A stretch of 64,000 nucleotides of DNA from Octopus sinensis (taxonomy: Eukaryota). The position numbers and the translations under genes are program-made. The stretch spans positions 145,576,001-145,640,000 of the forward strand of contig NC_043000.1 of NCBI RefSeq assembly GCF_006345805.1. The letters run 5' to 3'. Below the pieces are notes generated by a model, which was not told the origin of the DNA, made no database searches, and saw only the letters and a program-made list of their open reading frames with translations. Shown in pieces: positions 38,558 to 51,332 of this stretch. Every line of letters starts with the position of its first letter. Position 1 is the first letter of the stretch.

Positions 38558-39260
38558 AGTTTCATGATTTCTGTGCTGTGAGTTCAAATCCTGCCATCCT
38601 CAGCGGAAACAATTCGCCTCACAAGGTTCGGTAAAATCAAGTTACTATCAAGTACCGTAACTTGTATATTCAACTAATCATCTCACCTCAAAACTGCTGG
38701 CCTTCTGCCAAATTTAGAATGCATCGATATTATATCGTTGCCTTTATAAGGCATTAATATTATAGAACTGCATTTGTGCCGAAATTAGTAACTATTATTT
38801 TTGTGACAATTGGCTTTCCATTTTGTTATCTTCATGATCATTGGAACAGCTATTTATTGTCAAAATATTTTCAGCTTTGTTTCCAATTTACTGCAAGCCG
38901 AGGCAATATTTTTATATCAGTTTTATTTCTATGCATCCTTGTTGCTATTTCAATTTCATTTTTAGTAGTGTGACATCATCCGGCTAAATAATTATCATTT
39001 ATTTATATAGTATCACTCTCACTCTAACTAACGCTCTCTCATTCTCTTTCTTTCTCTCTCGTTCTCTTGAATAGGCAAAGCGGGGTGATTTCCTACGTTT
39101 TATGAGTACAGGTACATGCGCATTCATTGTGACTATGCGTGGATACGAAACTAAATACACACTCACAACCATGCGCATGGATTCATACAAACACACACAC
39201 ACACATATATATATATACATATAAATATGTATATATATATATATATATATAAACACACAA

Positions 39261-39597
39261 TGGAGGCGCAATGGCCCAGTGGTTAGGGCAGCGGACTCGC
39301 GGTCATAGGATCGCGGTTTCGATTCCCAGACCGGGCGTTGTGAGTGTTTATTGAGCGAAAACACCTAAAAGCTCCACGAGGCTCCGGCAGGAGATGGTGG
39401 TGATCCCTGCTGTACTCTTTCACCACAACTTTCTCTCACTCTTACTTCCTGTTTCTGTTGTACCTGTATTTCAAAGGGCCGTCCTTGTCACTCTCTGTGT
39501 CACGCTGAATATCCCCGAGAACTACGTTAAGGGTACATGTGTATGTGGAGTGCTCAGCCACTTACACGTTAATTTCACGAGCAGGCTGTTCCGTTGC
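39261..39597 (+). mobile_element. tRNA(Arg)-like-headed SINE (family C)
   Basis: Head GGCGCAATGGCCCAGTGGTTAGGGCAGCGGACTCGCGGTC..GGTTTCGATTCCC with A and B boxes, followed by a non-tRNA body. Confidence 0.85.
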
Positions 39598-40201
39598 CAA
39601 TAAACACACATAAACATACATATACGCATGCACACACACGCGCACACATACACGCACGCGCATACATACGAACGCACAAAGACCTCCTCACACGCAACAC
39701 CCACACATACATGCACGCATATACACATGTAATTATACGCACTCACACACACACACACACGCATGCAGCACAGACGCAGGTGACGTGAAACACAACATAA
39801 CATGCGGTTGTCATGTTAACAAGCTGTTCAGGCCTCGATGTCTGTTGAGTGGCTAAAATTATCTAAAATTCCCCAACTAACATCAGATTCTTAAATTTAC
39901 GAGATATAGTAATTGGCTAATCGTAATCAAAATTCAGAGTTGCATCGATACACCAAAATTGAAAGCAATCTGAGTAAAATTAAAGAGGACTGGATTTGTG
40001 GATCAATTTAACTAGATCCTGGATTTTTTTACTCGCATACACAGCAACCCCAATTACTAACCATGTAATATAAAACAACTTCTTTCAGCTTATCGAATTT
40101 TGATGTAAGAGAAATTTACAACATACTATGTCAATAAACCAATTCTACGGACTGCGCGAAGCTTACAAACTTTCAACACATGGATCGTTGGATCTTGTCT
40201 T

Positions 40202-40283
<82 letters not shown>

Positions 40284-40324
40284 GCGGCACTCTGCTGGTT
40301 TCAACGCTGAGGTTAACAGTTCAT

Positions 40325-40458
40325 CTAATTAACGGAAGGACCTGGCTGTGAACTGCACCCTATGCGAAGCATGTGGAAAATTTGAATGCAATCGGTTGGG
40401 TAGTTCTCGCGTTTTATTGATGCACACAGAAAGACAGACAAAGATACATGCTCAGTTT

Positions 40459-40470
<12 letters not shown>
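40325..40470 (-). mobile_element. Helitron-like non-autonomous 5' fragment
   Basis: Minus strand TATATATAAAACTGAGCATGTATCTTTGTCTGTC..CCAACCGATTGCATTCAAATTTT, the same style as 3742-3888. Confidence 0.4.
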
Positions 40471-40516
<46 letters not shown>

Positions 40517-40524
40517 TATATATA

Positions 40525-40569
<45 letters not shown>

Positions 40570-41079
40570 TATATACATACATACATACATACATACATAC
40601 ATACATACATACATACATACACATATGCGTATATGTATATACACGCTTATATACATAGATATACATGCACACGCGCATATGTGTTTGTGTGTGCGTTTGT
40701 GTGCGCGTGGAAATACGTATGCAAGTATGCCTCGCATGTGCGCATGAGGGTGCTTTTAATTTACATCTATATGGACAGATAGGAGCAAGGTTAAATGCAT
40801 AGATCATTGTACAATACCACGTGTTATGTAGGAAACATTAGCTCAATTAAAAATTTGTATGAAAATTCACGAGAATGTTACGATATAGCATTCAATTAAA
40901 TATATTGCTTCATTTTATTATCATCCTAAATGTGAAGCAAAACAAAAGAGTACAATATTTGAAAGTGTTAATAATTTGTTAAAAATAAATATTGTAGCTG
41001 ATTGCATAACACATTTTCATATCACAATTTTTAAAAAACTTGTGCTAAGTATAAAATACTAAATGCAGTAAAAGTACAG

Positions 41080-41110
<31 letters not shown>

Positions 41111-42105
41111 TACAGGGTCACTTCAAAATGAAATGTATGGTGGATATTGTGATCAATTAATCACATATCTATTGCAAAAATTTGCTTACATATCATAAAG
41201 AAATATATTCCGATATAAATATCAAAATTGAATTTAATCTATTCAATTTTGATTTAATTTATTAAACAGAGAGTTTGAAGATATATTTATGAAAATATTT
41301 ATAGTTAATCTCGCTCATGAGGCTTGTTTTTCAAACTGATTACCAAAGCCATTCCAGGCGATACCATTTCATTTTAATTTTGGGTACCATATATGCATAC
41401 ATATATATATACGTATAAGAATTTTTTTTTTTTTAAATACAATAGATGATGTGCATATAAGGTGCATAACTTACAATTTGATAACAGAACCATGCTATAC
41501 ATTGGACATTCTCTGTCAAATAGAATTTCAAACAGGAGTCATGGTTCTTTAAATCACTCCACGCTTAGGCGCAATATTCACATTACAAATGAAAGATTTC
41601 CCCAGAATATATTAGCTTTATACCTCATTCTACGAAAATATTCAGAAATGAAAATTAAGACAGGTCTTGCGGTACATTTGACTTTCAATACAAACGTTCC
41701 ACAATATGTTTTGAGCAGGAGAATTGTAGAAAAGTATATTATGTAAATCACAACAAATTATCGTTTGCTTTGAACAAATGAAAACAAACTGATCCCGGAA
41801 ACTATTCGGAGATAGGACGGTATGTCAAATTCTAATAACGAGCAAAGAGTAAATGTACATCTGGCAGCCAGTTGAGATGACTTAACTGAACCTGGTATGC
41901 TGTATTCATATAAGTCAGGGCCACCCAAATCGAATGCAGATTTTATTTTAACATCTTAAAATATTTTTCTTTTGCTCTATTTTTTCATATTCGTCTTTTC
42001 ATTTGAATCCTTTGTTCTCTTATCTCATTTGTATTCCGTTTTTTCAACTGGGGTTCTATTCTCAAAATGAACATGACCTTCTCTGTGTAGACCTTGCAGT
42101 TGATC

Positions 42106-42321
42106 TTTTTTCTACTCTAAGCACAAGGCCAGAAACGTTTTCGGGATGGGGCTAGTCGATTCGATCGACCCCAGTGAGGAACTGGTACTTAATTTATCGA
42201 CACCGAAAGTATGAAAGGCAAAGTCGACCTAAACGGAATTTGAACACAAAACGCAATGACAGGCGAAATACTGCTGAGCATTTTGTCCGGCGTGCTAACG
42301 TTTCTGCCAGCTCGCCGCCTT
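42106..42321 (-). mobile_element. SINE family A
   Basis: CTAACGTTTCTGCCAGCTCGCCGCCTT head and GGTACTTAATTTATCGAC..GAAAGGCAAAGTCGACC core. Confidence 0.88.
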
Positions 42322-45037
42322 CTTTTGAAAGAAATATTAAAACTACATTCAATGCAAATCAATATGTCAAATAGTCAAATAAGGAAATGGTTCATACCTT
42401 TTGGTTTATATACGAAAGATCGATACCACTACTGGAGTAAATAGAAATACAAGGTATTCCCAGAACGCTTGAAATGCAAATAGAGTTAAACTCTACCTCC
42501 TTTCACCGAAAAACAAATCGATTTTTTTCTGAAACACAGAAGATATCAGTCATACTTCACTGATGACAAGTACAAAGCACGAAGTGTGTATCTTTCATAT
42601 TAAGAGTAACAGGGACTGACAGGTTGCCTTTAACTTTATAAAATATAGATCTCCATATCATATTTATTATATCTGGTGCTCTTTTCATTGAGATATGAAA
42701 CTTCTTTCATCATAATTAGCATACCACGTATATATTTTTTGTATGCCCATGTGTGCGTCGGTATGCATACATACATACTATCACAGCGTCGCACATTCAC
42801 GCACGCATAAATAAGTTGCGTATAACTTCGAAAGTGTTAGTCAAAGTTACGTACAGAAACCTACTTCTCATATATTAGTGTATAATACATAGTTTTCCAA
42901 TTTTGATGGATGAATTACACTATCGACCTGGCTGTAAAGAGAGATAACAAGGACGTCAATACGCTAAATACTGCTGACATAACTGCGTTGTAATTTACAA
43001 TAAGTATGTCAATGCGATCGCTTTATTTTTGATGACTGGATTGACCCTGTTGTATTTTGATATCAGCTACATACTTATTTTAGAACATTTGCAGTAAATG
43101 TGGTGTATTCCAGGATGGAATAAAAGTAAAATCATCGCCATGTTAACTACACTAAGATGGGTTTAAACTATTTCAACAGAAGCAACGACATGACGAAGTA
43201 TAAATATTTATTTGAATGAAAATTCTATTTTGTATTTTCATTAATAAAGAAGAGCGAGGAGCGAAACACCTGCAAAGATGTTCAGTTAATTTTTATTTCT
43301 TAGGTTATATAACTTTTAGCGAATAAATTTCGAGCCATTTTTTTAATATTCGTTTCACATATTCGCATTTATCACACGTGTATTACCCGCAAAACAAATT
43401 CACACTTACCAGATAACTCTCTTTATTCATTTAACATAAATTTAATAAACATTTCATCTTCTTCTCTGGCTTTTCTTCAAAATTTAAACCTTAAATGAAA
43501 ATATGTTTTTCCTTTATTTTTTTACATTTTATCTTTTCAAACCGTATTGTATACTATATTGATATGAAACGACGGGATATAAATCAATAACAAATTATTA
43601 TATGTCAAATATATGTGCAGTTTATCTTTCCTTTTCAAATATTTCCAAAGAACACTTTTTCATTGGCACATTTAGAGAACTAAAGAAATTATTTTATATA
43701 TGTTTGGCATGAATAATTGCTCACCGTGATTTGCGACTTTCCATTAAAAAATAATACAGGAAAAACTCAGTAAAGAATAGTTGGCTTCAAAATCATGAAG
43801 AATTTCGGAAAGCACGTTGCTTGGCATGAGAGCGTACAAAAAAATATTGTATCGAATATATTTGATTTTTTTTTATTCCCTGTGAATGGAAAATAATTTA
43901 AGATTTGACTGGAAAAGTGTAATGTGACAGATTAGAAATATTAGTTTTGCATATCAGTAGCCCATATATAATGGGTGGAATTAAATATACATAAATATCA
44001 TGTGTATCTGTGTAGTTGGGCTTGTGTGTGATTAAATAGTTGTTTTGCGATTATGCGAATATAGAAACATATATGCCAATACAATGACTCATTCAATAAT
44101 TGTTGATGTCATAAGGAAATACGTTAAAGCATACATGAACATAGAAAAACCTGCATACAAATATGCGTTCAATATGGCAGTAGTTTTTGCAGGTTGTGTG
44201 TGTATGTGCCAGTGCGTTCGTGCGTGTGTGCCTGTGTATTGATGGTACATACACAGACATATATAGAGCTTTGCGAGGGTATACGAGCTTGTGTGAGAAT
44301 GTTCATATATACACCCTTTATTCGGATGAAAACAATCTCTTGTTGATAAGATTTATTACTAGAAAGAATATGACAATAAGGTACCTTGAAAATTATTGTC
44401 ACAGCAAAAAAACATTGACCATAAAATAATTACAATATAAAAAGAATTAAAAGATCGTGAGCGAAAAAGAATAACAATGATATTTTAGTTTCTTTCATAA
44501 AGTTGTCATTTTATACAACACACAAATATGAACAAAAAATGGTATCGACGATTTTCATTTTTAATTGAATATTCCCGAAAACACATGAAATGTATATTTA
44601 AAACAAATGTAAATGAAACGTCACGGCACCGGAAAGCTACGACAGCGATATTGTGGTAAACAAGAGAATTCACAAATGCATTACAACTCTTACTGCCAAT
44701 GGTTAATGCATTTCTCCAGCTCTATTCCAGGTATGTAGACACAAGCTAAGATTTGGGACGTTCCGATACTGCATTTTCATAATTTTCACTCATCTTTCAG
44801 CAAACTTGCTGGTGAACTATACTTTCTGTTCCACCTTTCTTCCTCTCCAATTCGAACTTGAGTCATTTCGCGGATAATGGACGAGAGAAGTCAAAAATTT
44901 AACTTTTTAACCAGACTGAATCTCTAATTGGACTCATCTGGTGACTGGATGAGATCTATTGAATGGCACACAGGAGCTGCCTGTCAGAAAAACTCAAATG
45001 AACAATGATTATAGGTTTAACGAACGCATGCGGTATG

Positions 45038-45082
<45 letters not shown>

Positions 45083-45405
45083 GAGAGAGAGAGAGAAAGA
45101 AAGAGAGAGGACGAGAGTGAGCGAGTGAGTTAGAGAGAGAATTAATTCAAACAGTAATGAAAGTATCGATAATAAAATATAAATTTAAATATATTATTAT
45201 TGTACTAAAAATTACTATATAATTAAGTTATATTTTATTGTATAGAATATCTTTCATTATTGGTTGAATTACTTTGTGGGGGTTCTGTCTCTTAATTGTA
45301 TATATATATAATATATCTTCAAATTTGATTTAGGATTACTAAATTGAGAGTTTGTTTTTCCCTGATGCCTTGGAATTTTATATTCCCTACTATTATATAT
45401 ATATA

Positions 45406-45505
<100 letters not shown>

Positions 45506-45546
45506 ATATATATATATGTAAACATATATATATGTATGTATATGTA

Positions 45547-45578
<32 letters not shown>

Positions 45579-46415
45579 CAAATATACATATAGCTAGATA
45601 GAAGCAAAGAAAGAAACAAACAAACAAAGGTGATATTTGATATGTTATTAAATTCAGAAAAAGTCTATATCACACCTGAATTGGCTACGCATATAAATAA
45701 CTGAATTTGAAAGACAAGAAATATTTTTATGAATCCTGAATGTGTGCAAAGCAGGCATACGTAAAGTAAAAGTACGCAAGTTACTATCAGTATCTCTTTT
45801 AGAACACTACTATTAAAAAAAATATGTGAAGCGACTTCTGGTAGCTGGCATATGACAGACTATCAGTGTCTAACACTATTACAAAGAAAATATTTTTAAT
45901 GTGAAGTTCTGAAAATATATTTGCGTTATAGAGATATGCGCGCGTATGCACATGCTCCTCCAGAGCATTAGTTTTTGTATTATAAATGTTCGGCCTCCAA
46001 CACTACATGCTAAGAGACAGCAAGTTTTGTTTCTTGTTTCTTTTCTTTTTTCTCTTTTTTTTTTTCAGTTTCAGTAAAATTCTCAAATAACCAAATTTTG
46101 TTAATTATGTCGTGGAAGAAATTGGGTACGAAACCAGTTAATTATAGAATTGGAATATAATAGCTGGATTGCTAGTATAAAAACTATTCTAAAAAACTGC
46201 TTTCTTGAAAATATGTAGTACTTAAATGCTGAAAGTCTAATTAGCAAGTATTGCACTACCCACAGTATGTTTTCAGGAGATATACATGTATACATAAATG
46301 AGCATGTAAATGTTGATATGCAAGAACACACACACACGCACACACTCACATATGCGTGTGTGCGTGTGTTAATGTTTGTGTATATATAGACGTACCTACA
46401 TGAATACATATGTAT

Positions 46416-47184
46416 AAATTGAAATAATAAGGGTGAAAAATTGAATATTTATTTGATTAATATCAATTTAAAAACCAGTGGCCTAGCAAATTGAAAAATG
46501 TGAAGATTCAGAAAAATTATATTACATACATATAAGAGGGATGACCAAGAAGTGGTCATCCATTATGCTAGAGGTCGACGCCATATGGTCTGACCACTAA
46601 GAAAAGATTGTTTTCAAGAAAATTTAGCAAACGCCAGAACGTAAGCGAACAAGACAAATGAAAAGATTCAAAACATAAAGATTAATATCCAAACCCGGTT
46701 TCATTGTTACCACTTCGTCATAGCAAAATATGATTTGCAGAACAATACACGAGTTGTCCGTAAGAGATTGAACATGCAAATAGTTCTACCAATTATATTT
46801 GGTGTTATATTTCAAAAGTCCTCGTTTTGGCGTGCCAAAATACTGGAAATAATTCTGCAGAGAGCAATTCTCTGCAGGAATTTTGCCGGTTAGAGAACAT
46901 GGCTATTTAAATTTAAATAATGAGGGGAAAAATTGAATATTAATTTGATTAATATTAATTTAAATCTAGTGGCCTAGCAAATTGAAAAATGTGAAGATTC
47001 ATAAAAATTATATTACATACATATAAGAGGGATGACTAATAAGTGGACATACATTATGCTAGAGGTAGACTTCATATGGTCTGACCAATAAGAAACCATC
47101 TTTTCCTAGTGGCCTGACCCTATTGGGTCTACCTCTAGCATAATGGATGTACACTTAGTGTTCATCTCACTTATATGTATGAAT
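46416..47184. repeat. Direct (46416-46604 / 46909-47095) plus adjacent inverted (47101-47184) repeat; pLTR-like
   Basis: Shared ..CCTAGCAAATTGAAAAATGTGAAGATTCA..CATTATGCTAGAGGT..GGTCTGACC. 47101-47184 is the approximate reverse complement of 47012-47095. Confidence 0.85.
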
Positions 47185-47188
47185 ATGT

Positions 47189-47590
47189 ATACGAGATGGT
47201 ATGAAACATTTTCCGGACTAGTTCTTTAGCTCCCCAACAGATAGCACCACGCGGTAACGTGCGGTAGTGTAAGCTAGCAGTGACATTCATGAGGTAGTGT
47301 GTCGAGTGACATCACTGTGTTTACTTCGGAAGTTGTGAAATTTTTATTTATGTGACCACTTGTATGTTGCAGTCCACAATTTTGTCATAGACAGGAACAA
47401 AAATTAAACTTGAATGTCTGCTACATATACATTGAGCATACTACGACCAGCTTACGGTAACGAGGTAATGGGTTTTATGCAAAGTTTCGAGTGGCACAGA
47501 CGCTTAAAAATCGTAACAACGTTCCTGGAATGCGATGAGTGATTCGAAGAACTGCCAAGCGCCTCATCCCCGGAAATGTAGTATCCTGCA
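47189..47590 (+). mobile_element. Mariner 5' fragment
   Basis: TA-CGAG start, then N-terminal HTH remnant SATYTLSILRPAYGNEVMG.MQSFEWHRRLK. Confidence 0.65.
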
Positions 47591-48091
47591 TGAAGGATTC
47601 GTTCCCTTTCGCACACTCACAGATGTACAAAGGAATGTACTCACACAAATACATATATGTTCATATTTATGGGTGTATATATATAGTGCTATTTTTGTAT
47701 TACAGTTAATATATTCACAAAATCAGAAAACGAGATGCTGTGGAATCTTCTGAGACAATATCTATTCATAAATTTCTTGCGATAAGAACACTATACATGT
47801 CGCAGCGAGACAATAGTCGTTGGCCAGTGACGCACAATAAGTATAGAGACATTTTGACTTTCTTGAGACTGACTCTTGTCAATTCAATGCCAATTGCCAT
47901 CTGCTTCAGCAAAATTTCTGATTACAAAACAATGAATGATATATTCGCTGCCATCGTGGAAGCTTGTCGAATTCTCGGCATACAAAACGGCAATGAAATA
48001 AAATTGGTATCAGTCATTCATACAAGTGTATACATATCAATTGTAGTCATGATTCTATAGAATTGTGTATATGTATATATATATATATATA

Positions 48092-48285
48092 CACCGTGTG
48101 TACCGTTGGCGATTTTTTTTCCTGTCTTCCCTTCTCTGGATCTTTCCTTCTATGTTTCCGACGAAGAGCTCCGCTCGAATCGTTAAACCCTCCTTCTTTC
48201 CTTCTTTCCTGAGCGTCCAATAATACTATATTTGTTCCACGTCCTCGCGTTGTTGTTTTTTGTGCTTTCTTGTTTGGATTAACTT
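48092..48285 (+). mobile_element. Short (TA)n-flanked element with a degenerate minimal hammerhead
   Basis: GTTT-CCGACGA-A-GAGC-TCC-GCTC-GAAT-CGTT-AAAC at 48154-48188. Confidence 0.55.
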
Positions 48286-48297
48286 TATATATATATA

Positions 48298-48330
<33 letters not shown>

Positions 48331-48385
48331 CTTGTATATATATGTATATATATATTTGTATGTATATATAATATATGTATATATA

Positions 48386-48418
<33 letters not shown>

Positions 48419-49088
48419 GGTTATATTTAAGATTAAATTTTAGATAGTAGACTTTAAAAGGTAGTATCCAAACCATGTTTATAGGTACTTTCCTAGTAGT
48501 GGGCTTTGAGAGCACGTTCGCCACTTAGCGCTACATAGCGTTACTTTTGTCGCAGGATCTACACAAGGAGATCCTCGGTGCACGTTTAATATATTTTAAA
48601 TGATGGACAGGGAAGTCAATGTGTACTGTAAGCTTTAATTAGCACATTTTTCATTCCAAAACCATTCTGATCTTCTCATTTATGTTGTATTTGGTCTTTT
48701 GCAATTCACCGAATATACACCAGTTATCCTGTCTCATTTATGGATTTGTGAACCACTATAAACGCACGTATTCTACAAAAATCATCCTGCTACACAGTAG
48801 AGAAATATGCATATTATAACACTATCGCGTATTATGTAACATGTGAGGTTTCTTCTGCACTGTGAGGTCCAGTCGATTCCGTTATATCCTTCCCCAAGTA
48901 CTAGGAAGAATTGCAGATGTAAAAATAATCGTCCTGTTAAATAAAGCTTGCAGTATTGTCTGTCTTCCCTATCAATCATTTAATATATATTTAGGAAATA
49001 TTTTATTGTCACTAATTGTGACTTAGTGTACCGAAGCACCCATATTGAAAGAATATCATTTAGAAATCCTTAATGTTGTATGAAGCGC

Positions 49089-49122
<34 letters not shown>

Positions 49123-49474
49123 TATATACTGACAGGGGACGTAGCTACCTCGTGAATGTCTCTAGGATCGATTATTTTTGATATATATATATATATTTTA
49201 GCATAACAAATATGGCTGATTTAGTGAAATGCTAACGTGTATGTTAAATATTAACATAAATAGCTAGACACAATATAATACCATAACTGAAATTTTTTTC
49301 ATCAAAATCTGTGACGGAGGGTATCGAAGCACCTATATAGCATAAATAAGAGTTAAACACTCTTAATGCTGTAAGATGCGGCTTGTCAGTGTATATATAA
49401 ACTGTCAGCTTCTTACATCATTAACAGTCACAACTAGTGAATATTAAAATTTTCCTTTATGTATATTTACAGTA

Positions 49475-50130
49475 TATATTCGAATATATGTTTCGGAGTC
49501 TAATTAATTCCAAAGACAAAAACGAGAAACCATTCATGAAATAAAAATTATATTATTCGTCACTTTATTATTATTTTCTCTTCTCTCACTCCACTGATAC
49601 TACTCTTTCTCCGTTCTACTGTTTTACTTCTAGAAGGCTATTTTGTAAAGAAAAGAATTGCCTTTCTTTTTTCTTTTATTTTATTTTATCTATGATATTT
49701 TATTCATAATATTCGTTTGAATTAGGACATCTATTACATATATGTGCGTAATATCGGCTTGTAGTTATTAATTTTTAATTTTTGTTTAGATAACCCTATT
49801 ATTTTCATAGTTAATTTTTGTTTCATTGACTTTATGTCTTCTGTAGATATTTAGATATCGTTAATTGTAATGTTAATAAAACGCTGGAGTGGTTTATTAT
49901 ATATTCTTTTCTGGTTTTGAATATCTGGCTTTCTACTTACTTATCGTTCATTCTCTTATTATTTGGTCATTCCCGTCTGGGCTATGACTTTTCTCTGTAT
50001 ATTTTCGTTGGTCTTAATTAATCATACTAGTATGTAATTCTTGACGAAGTACCTAATTTTTATTTCATGTAATGTTTGTCGTTTTTTTCTTTCGATTAAA
50101 TTAGACTCCGAAACAATTGTAGAATGTATA
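49475..50130. mobile_element. Small element with inverted hammerhead-like ends (49475-49568 minus / 50035-50130 plus)
   Basis: The two ends are diverged reverse complements. The plus end reads ATTC-TTGACGA-AG..CTAATTT...AAATTAG..C-GAAA-CAATTG-TA-GAAT. Confidence 0.6.
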
Positions 50131-50321
50131 TTGGTTCAGTACCAACCTAGATTATAAATTAAAGTTCGTCTACACCTACAATTTTTTCTTTCCTTATACT
50201 TCATTTCTTGTTCATATATATATTGAATATATATTTATATATATATATATTCTTTACTTGAACTGAACCGGCGGACTAGATGTTTGACATCACTTTGAAA
50301 GATTTCGGTCCTCACTTCTGT

Positions 50322-50378
<57 letters not shown>

Positions 50379-50956
50379 TTTAACAAATACAACATATGCA
50401 TACATACATATATGTACATACCTACATCTATACGTATATATGCATGCATATATATATGAGTACAGGACACCACAAATAAACTTAGAACACAATAAGAAAC
50501 GAAAACATAAAAACAAACAAGGAAACGGACTTTTTTTAACAACGAAAACAACAGGGTACAAGACAAACAATACAAGGAATATTCCCCTTCATCAGCTGCC
50601 CCTGGTTCGACTCAATGTGTGTTTCGAAGGTAAGGGCAGAACACGATCCGGCTGAAACAATCCTTACTGCAAAATGAATTAAATAAAATTCTTTTGCAGA
50701 GAGGTAAAAAAGGAATGAAAAAAAAGTGACAAGAACAGGACGTAAAAGCAATACAAATAAAATTACAGTACACATAAAGAATAAAAACAGGACAAGGAAA
50801 CCAACATTGAGGGCTTTTTTAAGTCTAGACGATGGAATAATTCGTTGGAGCGTAAATTCAGAAAATCGACTGCTAGAGACAGGAGAAGTCGATGTTAACT
50901 TGTTGAAACCTACGAGCAACAGAAAGTTAGTATGTATGCATGTATATGCATCTATA

Positions 50957-51332
50957 TTACTCTTTTACTCTCTTTTACTTGTTTCAGTCATTTGACTGCG
51001 GCCATGATGGAGCGCCGCCTTTAGTCGAGCAAATCGACCAAGGGACGTATTCTTTGTAAGCCCAGTACTTATTCTATCTGTCTCTTTGCCGAACCGCTAA
51101 GTGACGGGTATGTAAGGACAAATACAGACACAAACATACACACACACAATATATATATACATATATACGACGGGCTTCTTTGAGTTTCCGTCTACCAAAT
51201 CCACTCACAAGGCTTTGGTCGGCCTGAGGCTATAGTAGAAGACACTTGCCCAAGATTCCACGCAGTGGGACTGAACCCGGAACCATGTAGTTGGTAAGCA
51301 AGCTCCTTACCACACAGCCACTCCTGCGCCTA
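50957..51332 (-). mobile_element. SINE family B
   Basis: Homologous to 23408-23820. Head AGGCGCAGGAGTGGCTGTGTGGTAAG. Confidence 0.9.

Noticed and set aside
39261-39340. tRNA-Arg gene
   Set aside because: The cloverleaf is imperfect and runs into a SINE body with no terminator. Treated as a SINE head.
41111-41392. Possible Tc1-like MITE (TACAGGGT..AAAATGAAATG / CATTTCATTTT..TACCATATA)
   Set aside because: The inverted ends are too degenerate and AT-rich to call.
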